A stretch of DNA of 58,093 bases from an uncultured virus (IMG/VR IMGVR_UViG_3300043773_000315) (lineage: Duplodnaviria > Heunggongvirae > Uroviricota > Caudoviricetes). Below are positions 8,257 to 18,520 of this stretch, piece after piece; positions within the stretch are counted from its first letter, which is position 1; each line of letters begins with the position of its first letter. Made by a program: the position numbers and the translations under genes. The stretch lies in the IMG/VR virus record IMGVR_UViG_3300043773_000315; one strand, written 5' to 3'. The notes under the pieces were generated by a model that was given only the letters and a program-made list of their open reading frames with translations, was not told the DNA's origin and made no database searches.

Positions 8257-9968
8257 GTCATCAACCTGCTAAAGTTTCTAATCTTCTCAAATCTATATGT
8301 CTTGTCAAACTTATCGGCAATAGTGTCAGTCTTGTGTGAGATTATATATGTATTTGTATCGTCTGTCAATGTCTTTATGATTTTCAGAAACTCGTCTGTT
8401 CCATTCGCATCAAGACTTCCATCTAGAATTTCGTCCAGAATGAGCAAGTTGGTGTTGACACTATTCTTCATCTTGGCAATGGAACGCCAAGTAAACATCA
8501 AAGCCAAATCGATTCGTGTCTTTTCGCCTTCTGAGAAATTGGCATAAGCAAACTCATCACGATACCGAGACTTGATTACCTCGTTGAAGTTTTCATCGAT
8601 GTTGAAATTGACAAAGAAGCCCATTCTGTCCAGATACTTGTTGACCAACTTATTGATGATTGGAATATACTGCTTGATAATCTTCGTCTTGATTCCACCA
8701 TCTTTCAGTAGCGCAGAAGCAGTATCAATCATAACTCTCTCTGTCATCTGAAACTTGATGACTCCTTCGATTCTTTCTATCTCGCCAACAGTCTTTAGCA
8801 AATCTTCTTCGCTGTTCTGAACTAGTTTGTCAGCATTCTTAATCTTGTCGATGGAATCTTCTATATCGTTCATCGTAGAAACAAGATGCATCATCGTTTG
8901 CTTCTTGGCCGAAATGTCAGCAGAGATAGCCTGAATACGCTTGACTTGATTTTCTTTATTGCTAATCTCAGCAAGTAAAATGTTAGATTGACCTTCTGTT
9001 ACTGTGGCTTGAACAACTAGACCACTAATTGTATTACCAAGATCCAATACACGCTGAGACTTGAACGACTTCTCAATTGTTTGCTTACAAGTCGGGCAGT
9101 TATCGGTAGTCTTCAACATTTCTTTTTCAGCATCCAACCGCTTTGCTTCTGTATCAAACTGAGTATAAAGTTTTACGGTATCGTGAAACTGCTTTTTTAT
9201 TTCAGATAGGTCATTGACCTCATCTTGCAGTTGCTTCTTCTCTGCGACAATCTTCTCAACATCAGAAATTATATCTTTCTTTTGTTGTGCAAGGTCTTGA
9301 TACTGCTTTTCAAGTTCAGCCAACCTATCATCGTTAGTCTGTCTTAGACTGGCCAATGTCTTCTCAATATAATCTTTCTTCTCGGTTGTCGAGCGCATGA
9401 CAACTCGCGTGTTTTCCAACTTCTCTTTGTTTTCTTGAGCGCGTTGCTTTACCAGCAAGTTCATCACGGAGAAGATTTGGATATCAAGCAAGTCTTCGAT
9501 AATTGTTCGACGGTCAGCAGGAGTCAACTGCATGAACGGAGTGAATGATGCTGAACCGAGAATAACGATTTGACAGAATGACTTCATGTTCATCTTGAGA
9601 ATGAACTTTTCAAGATATTCCTGATAGTCTCTTGATGCTGAGTCCTGATTGAGTAGAGTGCCATCTACCCAAATCTCAAAGATGTTTGGCTTAATACCGC
9701 GAACAATCTTGTAGTCTTTGCCGTAGGCCTTGAATATAATTTCAACCAAACAATCTTTACCATTCACGCTATTGACAAGCATGGGCTTATTGATTTTACG
9801 GAATGGCTTACCAAACAAGACAAAAGTAAGCGCGTCGAGAATGGTTGATTTACCATGTCCGTTTGCGCCTACTATTAGATTTGTCTTATTTGCGTTTAGT
9901 TCAATCTCTGTCCATGCATTACCAGTTGACAGAAGATTCTTCCATCGTATCAATTCAAATGTTATCAT
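8253..9968 (-). CDS. gp46: Recombination endonuclease ATPase subunit (Rad50/SbcC-like)
   Basis: GANGHGKST Walker A, CPTC zinc hook, FSEGEK signature, LILDE Walker B. Confidence 0.96.
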   Translation of the reverse strand: MITFELIRWKNLLSTGNAWTEIELNANKTNLIVGANGHGKSTILDALTFVLFGKPFRKINKPMLVNSVNGKDCLVEIIFKAYGKDYKIVRGIKPNIFEIWVDGTLLNQDSASRDYQEYLEKFILKMNMKSFCQIVILGSASFTPFMQLTPADRRTIIEDLLDIQIFSVMNLLVKQRAQENKEKLENTRVVMRSTTEKKDYIEKTLASLRQTNDDRLAELEKQYQDLAQQKKDIISDVEKIVAEKKQLQDEVNDLSEIKKQFHDTVKLYTQFDTEAKRLDAEKEMLKTTDNCPTCKQTIEKSFKSQRVLDLGNTISGLVVQATVTEGQSNILLAEISNKENQVKRIQAISADISAKKQTMMHLVSTMNDIEDSIDKIKNADKLVQNSEEDLLKTVGEIERIEGVIKFQMTERVMIDTASALLKDGGIKTKIIKQYIPIINKLVNKYLDRMGFFVNFNIDENFNEVIKSRYRDEFAYANFSEGEKTRIDLALMFTWRSIAKMKNSVNTNLLILDEILDGSLDANGTDEFLKIIKTLTDDTNTYIISHKTDTIADKFDKTYRFEKIRNFSRLMT

Positions 9969-11044
9969 TCAATACTTTCTAACGACAAAGCTTCGGTATA
10001 AATCTCGCGCATGTAATGTTTCATTCTATCAGATTCAACGGGCAAAGTCAAGCCTGAAATGTAGTTGTCAAGAATGGTAAGTGTGTCTTGTGCCTCATCT
10101 ACCAAATCTTCTGAGTTGTTATCTGTGAACGAGTTGATATCTTCAACAATGGAAATGTCAGCCGCTTGTTCTTTGTACAACTTGTCCAGCAGCACATCAA
10201 ACGCATATGGATTGGTTTTGTTTACACAAACAACCTTGACATAGCAATCTTTATACTTGGAATAGTCTGTAGCATTAATCTTCTCAAGAATATCTGGATT
10301 CTTTACATCATCATAAGCCACCATATGGAAGATGCGGAAAGGATTACGATGAAACTCAACAGCACGGGTTTGTGTATCAAACGTAATGAAGCCGCGAGGA
10401 TCATTATAATCAGACCATATATGCTCACACAAAGCACCGATATAATGAACATTATCCCTACTGCTACGGTGGTGATAATGGCCAGTAAACACACTGTCAA
10501 ATCGCTTAAAAACTTGATGATTCCATCCATGGTCAGACAACAAGCCTTTCTGCATTTCAAAGCCATCTAGTTCTAGATGCCCGCAACAAATAGCAGACTT
10601 AGTGTTCTCTATGGCTTCATAACTCTGCTTTTCATTTGCTTTGGTAATCCACGGCAAAAGAAAGAACTCAGTACCATAAATCTCAATCGTGGTAGGAGTA
10701 GAGTATGTCTTGATGTTTGTATATCTATTGCCAACGAACTCATCTAGAGCATTTACTGTGTAGGTGTCTTTGAAGTATTCGTCGTGATTACCAGCAATAA
10801 TATGTAAAGAACACAAAGCACTAACTGGCTCCAGAAAATCTGCTCTAAGCCGAGAGTGGGTAAGTACATTAATATATTTCCGACGATCAACGAGATCGCC
10901 AAGATGTATAATATGGCGCACACCATTGGCTTTGATGAATGGGATAAGAAACTCATCTATAGACCTCTTGAAATAATCTAGAAAAACTGGGGAGTCATTT
11001 CTGACGCCCCAGTGAGTGTCCGTCAATATAAGAACTTTAGACAT
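9965..11044 (-). CDS. gp47: Recombination endonuclease nuclease subunit (Mre11/SbcD-like)
   Basis: DTHWG, HLGDLVD, GNHD, GHYH metallophosphoesterase motifs. Confidence 0.96.
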   Translation of the reverse strand: MSKVLILTDTHWGVRNDSPVFLDYFKRSIDEFLIPFIKANGVRHIIHLGDLVDRRKYINVLTHSRLRADFLEPVSALCSLHIIAGNHDEYFKDTYTVNALDEFVGNRYTNIKTYSTPTTIEIYGTEFFLLPWITKANEKQSYEAIENTKSAICCGHLELDGFEMQKGLLSDHGWNHQVFKRFDSVFTGHYHHRSSRDNVHYIGALCEHIWSDYNDPRGFITFDTQTRAVEFHRNPFRIFHMVAYDDVKNPDILEKINATDYSKYKDCYVKVVCVNKTNPYAFDVLLDKLYKEQAADISIVEDINSFTDNNSEDLVDEAQDTLTILDNYISGLTLPVESDRMKHYMREIYTEALSLESIE

Positions 11045-11229
11045 TACGCTCTTTTCTTCCGAGTGTTAGATGTGTAAAGTTCATTATCGTACTTTCTGAG
11101 AGACTTGTCAATAGCATCTCTGATTGATTCCAGTCTTGCACGATAGTTCTGTCTGATATAGACATTCTCTTTCTGATTTAACAGATTGGTAATCAGATGC
11201 TCAATTTGAAACGGTACTTCGTTGTTCAT
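11044..11229 (-). CDS. Small hypothetical protein
   Basis: 61 aa ORF between gp55 and gp47, overlapping both. Confidence 0.6.
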   Translation of the reverse strand: MNNEVPFQIEHLITNLLNQKENVYIRQNYRARLESIRDAIDKSLRKYDNELYTSNTRKKRA

Positions 11230-11782
11230 TTTCTTCCTCGTAAAACTTGATTAAACCTTCTTTGGCAATCTTTCGTTTCTCTTTCTTTACTGCTTCTTTC
11301 TTCTCAAATCTTTCCATGAAGTCGTTTATATTATCATATAAGTTGACAGAAAGCAAGTGATTATCATCACCATCTACCAGATGTGCTGCATGTCCATTGT
11401 TTATGACCGTTTCTTGGAAATTCTTGTATATGATATACCTATTCTTTTCTTCTTTGTTTATTCGTCTCAGGAATGCAAAGTATATTACCTGAGTAAAGTA
11501 TGCAAACGGATTGGATCCTCTGTTTGGATCATAATCGTTGAAATACAATATGCAGTTCTCTATTGCATCGGAAATCATTTCATCTCTGTAAGAGTAGTTT
11601 AGGAAACATGGCTTACAAGATAGTTTGTTTGCAATCTTCCATATACACTCACCAATATAGTTAGAGAGTCTTGGTTCTTCAAGACCTTTTTCTCTGGCCT
11701 CTGCTACTTTTCTTTTGTGTTCTAATATTTCCTGATAGAACTTTTGATTGTCTACATAATGTACTTTATTTTGTTTGCTCAT
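11201..11782 (-). CDS. gp55: Late transcription sigma factor (start revised to ATG at 11782)
   Basis: HYVDNQKF, YIGECIWKIA, NYSYRDEMISDAIEN, NPFAYFTQ..FAFLRRI.KE. Confidence 0.95.
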   Translation of the reverse strand: MSKQNKVHYVDNQKFYQEILEHKRKVAEAREKGLEEPRLSNYIGECIWKIANKLSCKPCFLNYSYRDEMISDAIENCILYFNDYDPNRGSNPFAYFTQVIYFAFLRRINKEEKNRYIIYKNFQETVINNGHAAHLVDGDDNHLLSVNLYDNINDFMERFEKKEAVKKEKRKIAKEGLIKFYEEENEQRSTVSN

Positions 11783-11793
11783 GCACTTTTCTC

Positions 11794-11822
11794 TTGACAA
11801 AGGGTTGACAGGTGTGTATATT
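11794..11822 (+). promoter_or_regulatory. Antisense-oriented sigma70-like promoter
   Basis: Plus strand TTGACA (11794)-17 bp-TATATT (11817), with a second TTGACA at 11805. Confidence 0.5.
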
Positions 11823-11854
11823 GGCTATGCCATCGATGATATGAATAACTTTAA

Positions 11855-12118
11855 TTATACTTCTGTTAGTTCAATCATCTTCTTGATTTGCTTATCAAGT
11901 ATCTCTTTCCTGTTAGGCCACTTAATCATGGGCTTATCAGGATCTTTTGCTAGATGTTGAAGCAAAGGCAAATAAGTCTTCCTTAAAAGCCTCAGTCTAT
12001 TCTTCAACAAGTCTACCTCATCTGTTACACCAGAAGATGTAACAATCTCTTCCTCATCATGAAAACTAAATCCAAAGTCATTAGTTTCATCTAATTCTAC
12101 AACTATTTCATTTGCCAT
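11855..12118 (-). CDS. Hypothetical protein
   Basis: 87 aa; DFGFSF..., LPLLQHLAKDPDKPMIKWPNR; coupled to the upstream gene. Confidence 0.7.
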   Translation of the reverse strand: MANEIVVELDETNDFGFSFHDEEEIVTSSGVTDEVDLLKNRLRLLRKTYLPLLQHLAKDPDKPMIKWPNRKEILDKQIKKMIELTEV

Positions 12119-12615
12119 TAGTGTAATGTTCCTCTGTTGTTGGAAGATAGAGACCTAAGAAATTCATTTACCACATCTCTCAGATTGTCCATATCTTCGT
12201 TACTTTCTTCTACTACCTTATCAGACTTGACTACAGCATCTATTTCTCTTTCCAGTTCTTCAAGAAATTCCTCTGTAGTTGTATCTTCCTCATATATCGA
12301 ATTGGATTTGAACTGACTAGAGAAATGTTTTACCGTGTCAAAGTAATAGTCTTTTAGACTTTCATTTGGTTTAGACATGGTAAGAATGTCTCTGCTGTAG
12401 ATATTAAATTCCTGCTCAGAAGAAATCTTAGCAAATACCCATTGCATCAAAGATAAAGAAACGAATCCTGGTTTACTGGAAGGTATACATACAATCTTCA
12501 TCGGGTTCTTTAGGACAATATGAGTTTCATGTCCTTCTTTAGGTTTAGGCCATGCTACTTCTGATATCAAGTCTTCGCCCGAGTTCAGTCTTATATGATA
12601 TACTTCTTGAGCCAT
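12118..12615 (-). CDS. Hypothetical protein, possibly Sm-like fold, downstream of uvsW
   Basis: IRLNSGEDLISEV...LKNPM...LMQW; ends in TLH. Confidence 0.65.
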   Translation of the reverse strand: MAQEVYHIRLNSGEDLISEVAWPKPKEGHETHIVLKNPMKIVCIPSSKPGFVSLSLMQWVFAKISSEQEFNIYSRDILTMSKPNESLKDYYFDTVKHFSSQFKSNSIYEEDTTTEEFLEELEREIDAVVKSDKVVEESNEDMDNLRDVVNEFLRSLSSNNRGTLH

Positions 12616-12618
12616 GAC

Positions 12619-14097
12619 TTATCCTTTCAATTCAATCTTATATACCTTAAAAGAAAATTTCTCTTCGGTATATAACTTTATTCTTTCTGCAAAATGTTTT
12701 AGAGTGTAGTTCTCATGTTTCTTATATCTCATGTCATCTGCGATATCAAATAACTGAGCAGAGTCTTTCGTTTCACTTGTACGTAATCCACGTCCAATGG
12801 ACTGTAGATTTCTTATCCGAGACTTAGACGGAGAAGCAAATATAATGTTATGCAGGTTTCTAATATTGATGCCAGTGCTGAAAGTGCCAAAACTAGCAAC
12901 AATAATCGCATTAGTTTCTTTTTCAACAATGTGCCTAATTTCTTCTCTGATTTCAACATCTGTATCTCCACTTACAAAGAAGACTTTACGGTCAGCACCG
13001 AGTTTGTCTGATATGAGCTTATGTAGGATCTTTCCGTGCTTGTCAACGTACTGGAAGAGAACAAGGGTGTTACCATCCAAGGATAATGCGAGGTTAGATA
13101 TGAACTTGTTCCTTGCTTCGTTAAGGACAAGATATTCGATTTCCTGTTGATATGTAAAGTTTTTCGCAGCCTGACAGATAGACTCACTATGTCTAAGAAG
13201 TAGGCACTTAATTTGGAATTCAGCCAGGTGCTTTGCATCCATGAGTTCTTTAGTTGTAATAACTTTTCTGGTGGATCCAAATAGTCCCTCAAGGACAAGC
13301 CTGTGTGTTTTTGTTCCGTCAAGAGTTCCTGTAGTGCCAATTCTGTATTTTGCATTTGTTAGTCCTGTCATAATATCTGTAAGAGACTTGGCCTTGAACT
13401 GATGTGCTTCATCGCCGATAACAAAATCAAATTGTGCGAACCACTTCTTGGGCATCTGGTAAATAGATTGCCAAGTTGAAATTGTCAGGAACTTGTTTGT
13501 ATCTTTTTCCTGACCCTGATAGATTTTGTGTATATTATCATCAACATTCCAATCGTTCGTAGCACTGTAATCTTTGAAGTCCGACGTTAACTGTTCTACT
13601 AGTGATATCGTCGGAACGACTATCAAGCCTCTTTTCAATCCTCTATGTGATAGAAAACGAGCCAAAAGATAAATAATAAGAGACTTACCACTTGCAGTGG
13701 GGCTAAGTAGTAAAGTCCTTCGTGTACGAATAGCATGAACGAATGCATCCAACTGATAATCTCTTGGAGCATGTTTCGGCCTTATTTTATCTACAAATTC
13801 GTTAGCCTCTGCTAAAGAAAATTCCTCATCATAACTTTCGTTTTCATATTCCCATTCGTAGTTTCGTTCTTCACAAAACTTAGCAACATAAGGTACAAGT
13901 CCGCGATATAGTTGTTTGTTTCTTACATCAAACAATCTTATCTTTCCGTCCCACAGTCTGGCCTTATATTGTGGCGTAAACTGATAACCAGGAACTTGGA
14001 ATGTAAATGCTTCACGAAGTTCATAAGCAATATCATCTTCACAGATGACTCTCACGAATGCTTCATTCTCATTCACTATGATTACTTTACTGCCCAC
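12619..14097 (-). CDS. uvsW: SF2 DNA helicase UvsW
   Basis: WDGKIRLF, PRDYQ, SPTASGKS, DEAH, TGT, QSIGRGLR. Confidence 0.96.
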   Translation of the reverse strand: MGSKVIIVNENEAFVRVICEDDIAYELREAFTFQVPGYQFTPQYKARLWDGKIRLFDVRNKQLYRGLVPYVAKFCEERNYEWEYENESYDEEFSLAEANEFVDKIRPKHAPRDYQLDAFVHAIRTRRTLLLSPTASGKSLIIYLLARFLSHRGLKRGLIVVPTISLVEQLTSDFKDYSATNDWNVDDNIHKIYQGQEKDTNKFLTISTWQSIYQMPKKWFAQFDFVIGDEAHQFKAKSLTDIMTGLTNAKYRIGTTGTLDGTKTHRLVLEGLFGSTRKVITTKELMDAKHLAEFQIKCLLLRHSESICQAAKNFTYQQEIEYLVLNEARNKFISNLALSLDGNTLVLFQYVDKHGKILHKLISDKLGADRKVFFVSGDTDVEIREEIRHIVEKETNAIIVASFGTFSTGINIRNLHNIIFASPSKSRIRNLQSIGRGLRTSETKDSAQLFDIADDMRYKKHENYTLKHFAERIKLYTEEKFSFKVYKIELKG

Positions 14098-14536
14098 CTA
14101 CAAATTTTTCCCAATCCATGTATGATTTCAATTGCCAAGTTCTATTGTTCAATTCTTTCAGAACGTTTTTGCAGAACTCAACAATCTCTTCATGCATAAC
14201 TTTCTTTAGTAGTATGTTATTTAGTTCAGTATCAGAATCAAGATAATGCTGCAAGTCTGCACGAAGCACCTTCTTCATCATTGGTTCTAGACCGTACTTT
14301 TCTAAGTCTTCTGGATTATTAAGATCGCCAGAATAGTATTCCCACTTTATCTTGCGCCGTGAGTTATATTCTGCTAAGAACTTCTTGACAAGGAGATTGT
14401 GGTGTGTCATGATACGCAAATACTTCGCATGAAGTTTTGGTATATTAGCCATTGCTTTCTGAGGTTCAGTCTCATCATAGCCTGCATCTTTTATCCACTC
14501 TTCCATTAGAACGTCAATATTCACTGGCGGTTTCAT
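14087..14536 (-). CDS. uvsY: Recombination mediator UvsY
   Basis: IPKLHAKYL, KWEYYSG, YLDSD, RTWQLKS..DWEKF; adjacent to uvsW. Confidence 0.9.
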   Translation of the reverse strand: MKPPVNIDVLMEEWIKDAGYDETEPQKAMANIPKLHAKYLRIMTHHNLLVKKFLAEYNSRRKIKWEYYSGDLNNPEDLEKYGLEPMMKKVLRADLQHYLDSDTELNNILLKKVMHEEIVEFCKNVLKELNNRTWQLKSYMDWEKFVGGQ

Positions 14537-14564
14537 AGTTTCTCCATTACAAAAAATGTATATT

Positions 14565-14593
14565 ACTATACTACGTTTTTAGGTAAAAGTCAA
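14565..14593 (-). promoter_or_regulatory. sigma70-type promoter for uvsY-uvsW
   Basis: Minus strand TTGACT-17 bp-TATAGT. Confidence 0.7.
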
Positions 14594-15112
14594 CTACAAT
14601 CTTTCAAAATTGAAGATATCGTATCTGAATGTTAGATCGGCTGTAGGAGTCGTATCGGCTGAGTTTGTTGTGCCGAACTGAATGCCGCCAAGACTGACAG
14701 GAAAAACGTTTTTGAACTTGATACGAATGTTAGGAATATTGGCATTGGTATTCACAGTCAACATTCCGTCTTGATATGGAGATGCATCTCTATCATTGTA
14801 TTTGATGTATTGTTTAGCACTTTCAGGTCTAGTGAGTGAAACAATCCACTTGTATGTTTCTTCCCAAACTTTCAAGTCTTCATCAATCAAGAACGAAATT
14901 GTAAATGGTTCAAAAGACATCTTTGTTGGATGACGGAAAGTATTTGAGAAAGGAGTAGGTACTTCAATTTCACTAGATGAGACTCCAGGAAGATTGATGC
15001 TCTGGCAAAAATACTTTGCGAAGGGAAGATTAGGAATAATAAATGTATATCTAGTTGTCTGTAGAAAACTAGTATTGTCTGGTATAGTAGTTAGAAATGA
15101 TTCTGTTGACAT
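14594..15112 (-). CDS. gp3: Tail completion / tube terminator protein
   Basis: FCQSINLPG, FLIDEDL..W.E.YKW, FPVSLGGIQF; follows gp23. Confidence 0.85.
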   Translation of the reverse strand: MSTESFLTTIPDNTSFLQTTRYTFIIPNLPFAKYFCQSINLPGVSSSEIEVPTPFSNTFRHPTKMSFEPFTISFLIDEDLKVWEETYKWIVSLTRPESAKQYIKYNDRDASPYQDGMLTVNTNANIPNIRIKFKNVFPVSLGGIQFGTTNSADTTPTADLTFRYDIFNFERL

Positions 15113-15128
15113 TGAAGTACCTCTGTAC

Positions 15129-15136
15129 TATTTATA
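15129..15136 (-). promoter_or_regulatory. T4-type late promoter
   Basis: TATAAATA upstream of gp3. Confidence 0.8.
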
Positions 15137-15164
15137 AAAGAAAAGGGCAGCATTGCTGCTGCCC
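15137..15164 (-). terminator. Intrinsic terminator after gp23
   Basis: GGGCAGCA-GCAA-TGCTGCCC followed by TTTTCTTT. Confidence 0.9.
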
Positions 15165-15195
15165 CAATCTCTGTCTTGCCCCGACAATCTTATGA

Positions 15196-16509
15196 TTACA
15201 TAAGGTTGCGAACGCGGAAGATACGATAGTAGTTGTTTGTGCGGGCTGTAAGAACACCAAGACCAGCAGTTGTACCCTGAGCGAATGGGTTTGCTACCAT
15301 GCCGTAACGTGTCTTGAAGCCGATCTTTGGCTGGAATGTATCCTGACCGATAGCGCGAACCATCTGGAGAGGAACGTATGGGCAGTAGAACAAGCCAGCG
15401 TCATAAGGAGATGTACCCTTATAACCAACTAGAACTAGTTCGTCGCCGTTTGAAGAACCGCCGAAGTATGGGTCGATATAGACCTTCACACGGCCGTGCA
15501 TAACACCAGCGAATGTGTTGCCTGTATCGTCAACTTCTAGGTTAGCCTGAAGAGCAGGTGTGTAGTCAAGAACGCCAGCCATTGCAAGAGCAGAAGCAAC
15601 GTCAGAAGATAGGATTAGGGTATTACCCTTACCACGACGAGTTGCCTTAGCGATTGCGTTGCATTCACGCTCAATCTGGAATACAAGACCCTTGAACTTT
15701 TCAACTGACCAACGGCCGTTTGAGTCTGTGTCAAGGTCGAATGTACCAGAAGTTGTTGTACCGTAAGCAGCACCAACTACAGCCTGTTCGTAGATTGTAC
15801 GAATGACTTCACGGTTGATTTCAGCTAGGATTTCTGTAGACAGAATGTTTGCAAGTTCTGTCTCAGCGTCAAGACCGTGAACAGCCTTAAGATCCTGAGC
15901 CAATTCCATTGTATACTCAGCCTTTAGAGCGCGTGAGCGGGCTGTTACAGTTACCTTCTCAATTGAGAAAGCCATTTCAGCAAACAAGTTGCCAGCAGCA
16001 TCGCCAAGGGCTTCTGCTCTAGCAGTTGACATACCGTTAGCTGTTGTGAATAGTGAAGAGTCTAGAACGTTTGAAACTGGGTTTGTACCTGTCTGTAGTG
16101 AACCACCAACAGTGTCGCCAGCCTTGTTAGAAGATGAGAAGCGAGTATTAGCTTCGTTGAAGAAAGCTTCTGTACCGTTCTGATTGTCATACTTTGAACG
16201 CATAGCGAAGATAAGTCCTGTTGGACCTGTCATTGGCTGAACGCCGCAAACGTCATAAGCAATCAACTTTGGTAGAGAACGACGAACCAATGAGATAAGA
16301 ATTGGGTCATAGTTCTGTACATATGTTGAAGATGTTGCGTTTGTTGGAGCAGATTCGTTAAGCTGACGGCCTTCTTCTGCCATAGCCTTTTCCTGGTTCT
16401 CAAGAATGATGGCTGTAACAGCACGACGGTAAGAGTCCTTAATCTTTCCTGCACCTTCGTGGTCCAATACTGGAGACCACTTCTGTTCTAATTGTTCTGT
16501 AAGATACAT
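15196..16509 (-). CDS. gp23: Major capsid protein
   Basis: KWSPVL, GVQPMTGPTGLIFAMR, SRALKAEYT.ELAQDLKAVHGLDAE, QPKIGFKTRYG. Confidence 0.98.
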   Translation of the reverse strand: MYLTEQLEQKWSPVLDHEGAGKIKDSYRRAVTAIILENQEKAMAEEGRQLNESAPTNATSSTYVQNYDPILISLVRRSLPKLIAYDVCGVQPMTGPTGLIFAMRSKYDNQNGTEAFFNEANTRFSSSNKAGDTVGGSLQTGTNPVSNVLDSSLFTTANGMSTARAEALGDAAGNLFAEMAFSIEKVTVTARSRALKAEYTMELAQDLKAVHGLDAETELANILSTEILAEINREVIRTIYEQAVVGAAYGTTTSGTFDLDTDSNGRWSVEKFKGLVFQIERECNAIAKATRRGKGNTLILSSDVASALAMAGVLDYTPALQANLEVDDTGNTFAGVMHGRVKVYIDPYFGGSSNGDELVLVGYKGTSPYDAGLFYCPYVPLQMVRAIGQDTFQPKIGFKTRYGMVANPFAQGTTAGLGVLTARTNNYYRIFRVRNLM

Positions 16510-16539
16510 TTAATTTCTCCTTTTGAGATATCTTAGTAT

Positions 16540-16547
16540 TATTTATT
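16540..16547 (-). promoter_or_regulatory. Late promoter variant
   Basis: AATAAATA upstream of gp23. Confidence 0.65.
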
Positions 16548-16555
16548 GTTTTCCA

Positions 16556-17833
16556 TTACTTAGGAAGTGATTTACCAAGTGCGCGAACGTACTTGTTCAT
16601 TGGTGTATTTTCCTCAGAAATCATTGTCTGACCTTCTGTACCTGGTACAATTGTATCAAGTTCGGTCTGAGCATTTACTGATGTTGGGAAATAGCTTTCG
16701 CGCAATGTCTGAATCTTCTTTGCATATGAAGAAGCATCTACAAATTCAACGTTCTCTGAAAGCTGCTTTAGCTTCTCAGCCTGAGTTGCTGTTAGACCTT
16801 CAGTCATGGCGTGCATAACTTCGTTCTTATAACTCTCAGATAGAACCTTTGTCAATTCAACATTACGTTCAATTTCTTCATTTAGCTTGGACTCAAGTTC
16901 TTCAACCTTGTTACCAAGTTCTTCAACAACTGAAATCTTGTCTTCTGGAATATCAATGTAGTTCTCAGCAAATAGCTGGCGTAGGCCAGAAATGAAGTCT
17001 TCTGTTAGTTCTGTACGAAGACCGGCTTCGATAGCCACTTCGTTGTCAGACACCCACTGCTCAACCACATAGTTTAGATAGTCATCAACATTAGATGACA
17101 ACTCTTCCTTGATTGTGTTTACTTCCTCTTCTAGAGTAGCAGCATATGCTTCTTCTAGACGAGCAATTTCAGACTGCATCTTAGCCTTTACAGCAGCTTC
17201 GAAAATTGTTACAGCCTTTTGCTTAAATTCTTCTGATAGGTCTTCACCAGCAAATAGAGCCTCTACGTGTTCGTTCATGTCTACTTCGTAGTCATAGTAA
17301 GGAACTTCTTCTGCTTCTTCTGAAACAAACTCAAAGTTTTCTTCGATAGCAGCAACGATTTCATCCTCAGAAGCGCCTTCTTCAAGCATCTGATCGATGA
17401 AGGCTTGGAGTTCTTCGGAAATTTCGACGTTCTCGTCCATTTCCTCTTTCTCTTCCTTTTCGTCTTCCTTTTCTTCGTGCTTGGCTTCCTCTAGAACTTC
17501 ATCTTCAAGTTCTAGGTCTTCTTCCATTACTTCCTTCTGAGAAGGCATAGCTGGAACAGCGCCCTTACGTGAAGGTGAAGCCTGAGATGTGTCCTGCTTC
17601 ATTGTAGCAGCCTTGGCGCCAACGTTATCGCCTTCGCCTGGCTTCTTTGGTGCATCTGCAACCATTGTAGCGTCATTGCTCATTGGGCTTGGCTCAACGC
17701 CGCCCTTTGCGCCGCCACCTGGCTTTAGAGTGGCCTTGTTTGGATTTGAAGACTTGGCATCACGATCTGGTGCCGAATCATTAGATTCGTTCATCAAGAT
17801 TGACTTTGCCACTTCTGTTAATGACTTACCCAT
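16556..17833 (-). CDS. gp22: Prohead core scaffolding protein
   Basis: Acidic coiled coil; LSEEFKQKAVTIFEAAV, VDDYLNYVVEQW, LRESYF; between gp21 and gp23. Confidence 0.93.
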   Translation of the reverse strand: MGKSLTEVAKSILMNESNDSAPDRDAKSSNPNKATLKPGGGAKGGVEPSPMSNDATMVADAPKKPGEGDNVGAKAATMKQDTSQASPSRKGAVPAMPSQKEVMEEDLELEDEVLEEAKHEEKEDEKEEKEEMDENVEISEELQAFIDQMLEEGASEDEIVAAIEENFEFVSEEAEEVPYYDYEVDMNEHVEALFAGEDLSEEFKQKAVTIFEAAVKAKMQSEIARLEEAYAATLEEEVNTIKEELSSNVDDYLNYVVEQWVSDNEVAIEAGLRTELTEDFISGLRQLFAENYIDIPEDKISVVEELGNKVEELESKLNEEIERNVELTKVLSESYKNEVMHAMTEGLTATQAEKLKQLSENVEFVDASSYAKKIQTLRESYFPTSVNAQTELDTIVPGTEGQTMISEENTPMNKYVRALGKSLPK

Positions 17834-17856
17834 ATGAGAATACTCCTTTTTCGTAT

Positions 17857-17864
17857 TATTTATA
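17857..17864 (-). promoter_or_regulatory. T4-type late promoter
   Basis: TATAAATA upstream of gp22. Confidence 0.8.
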
Positions 17865-17869
17865 ATTCT

Positions 17870-18520
17870 TTAAAGTTTAGAGATAAAGTTTTCAAAGAGA
17901 CGTAGTGCTACTGCCTCAATATCATTTTTAGATGCTTCTTTGATTTGCTTTTTAGCCATCTCAAATTGCACTTCTTTCCAACCTGTGTCCGTTAGAATCC
18001 ATTCTGCATTTTCCATAATACCCTGTACAAAGGCATTTGGAGCAGATGGATCAGCAACGATATCGGCCGCTGTAGCCAAATGAAAATCGTCCTGAACAAG
18101 TTGATATCCGTTGTGTGGCTTTAGAGACCCTACGCCTCTGGTTGACACACCCAAACTAGCACCACCGTCTAGTAAACTCTTCACAATCTTTCCGTTAGGA
18201 GTATCCATAATCTTGGCTTTACCCATGATGTTATTGCCATCTGGATAAAGCTTGGTAATCATGTGTGATACACGATCCAAATTAATAGTAGGCGAGTCTG
18301 GATGTCCCAACTCACCAAATGCACGGTTCTTGTTTACGTATTCCTTGTTATAACGCTCTACTTCTTTGTTTAGAACGTCAAATGGATATACACGACCGTT
18401 GCGGTTCTTTGTTTCGGCCTGCATGAAGATGCCTTCGATGAACATCTCTTTCTGGCCAGTCTTTTCGTTCATTTCCGTTAGAAAATTAACGTGACTTACT
18501 TCTTCTTTAATGAGTTTCAT
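17870..18520 (-). CDS. gp21: Prohead protease
   Basis: IEGIFMQAE.KNRNGRVY, GELGHP, GVSTRGVGS, DIVADPSAP.AFV. Confidence 0.97.
   Translation of the reverse strand: MKLIKEEVSHVNFLTEMNEKTGQKEMFIEGIFMQAETKNRNGRVYPFDVLNKEVERYNKEYVNKNRAFGELGHPDSPTINLDRVSHMITKLYPDGNNIMGKAKIMDTPNGKIVKSLLDGGASLGVSTRGVGSLKPHNGYQLVQDDFHLATAADIVADPSAPNAFVQGIMENAEWILTDTGWKEVQFEMAKKQIKEASKNDIEAVALRLFENFISKL

Noticed and set aside
7909..8547. 212 aa plus-strand ORF and the many other short opposite-strand or nested ORFs in the track
   Set aside because: They overlap well-supported minus-strand phage genes and have the composition of reverse-strand translations
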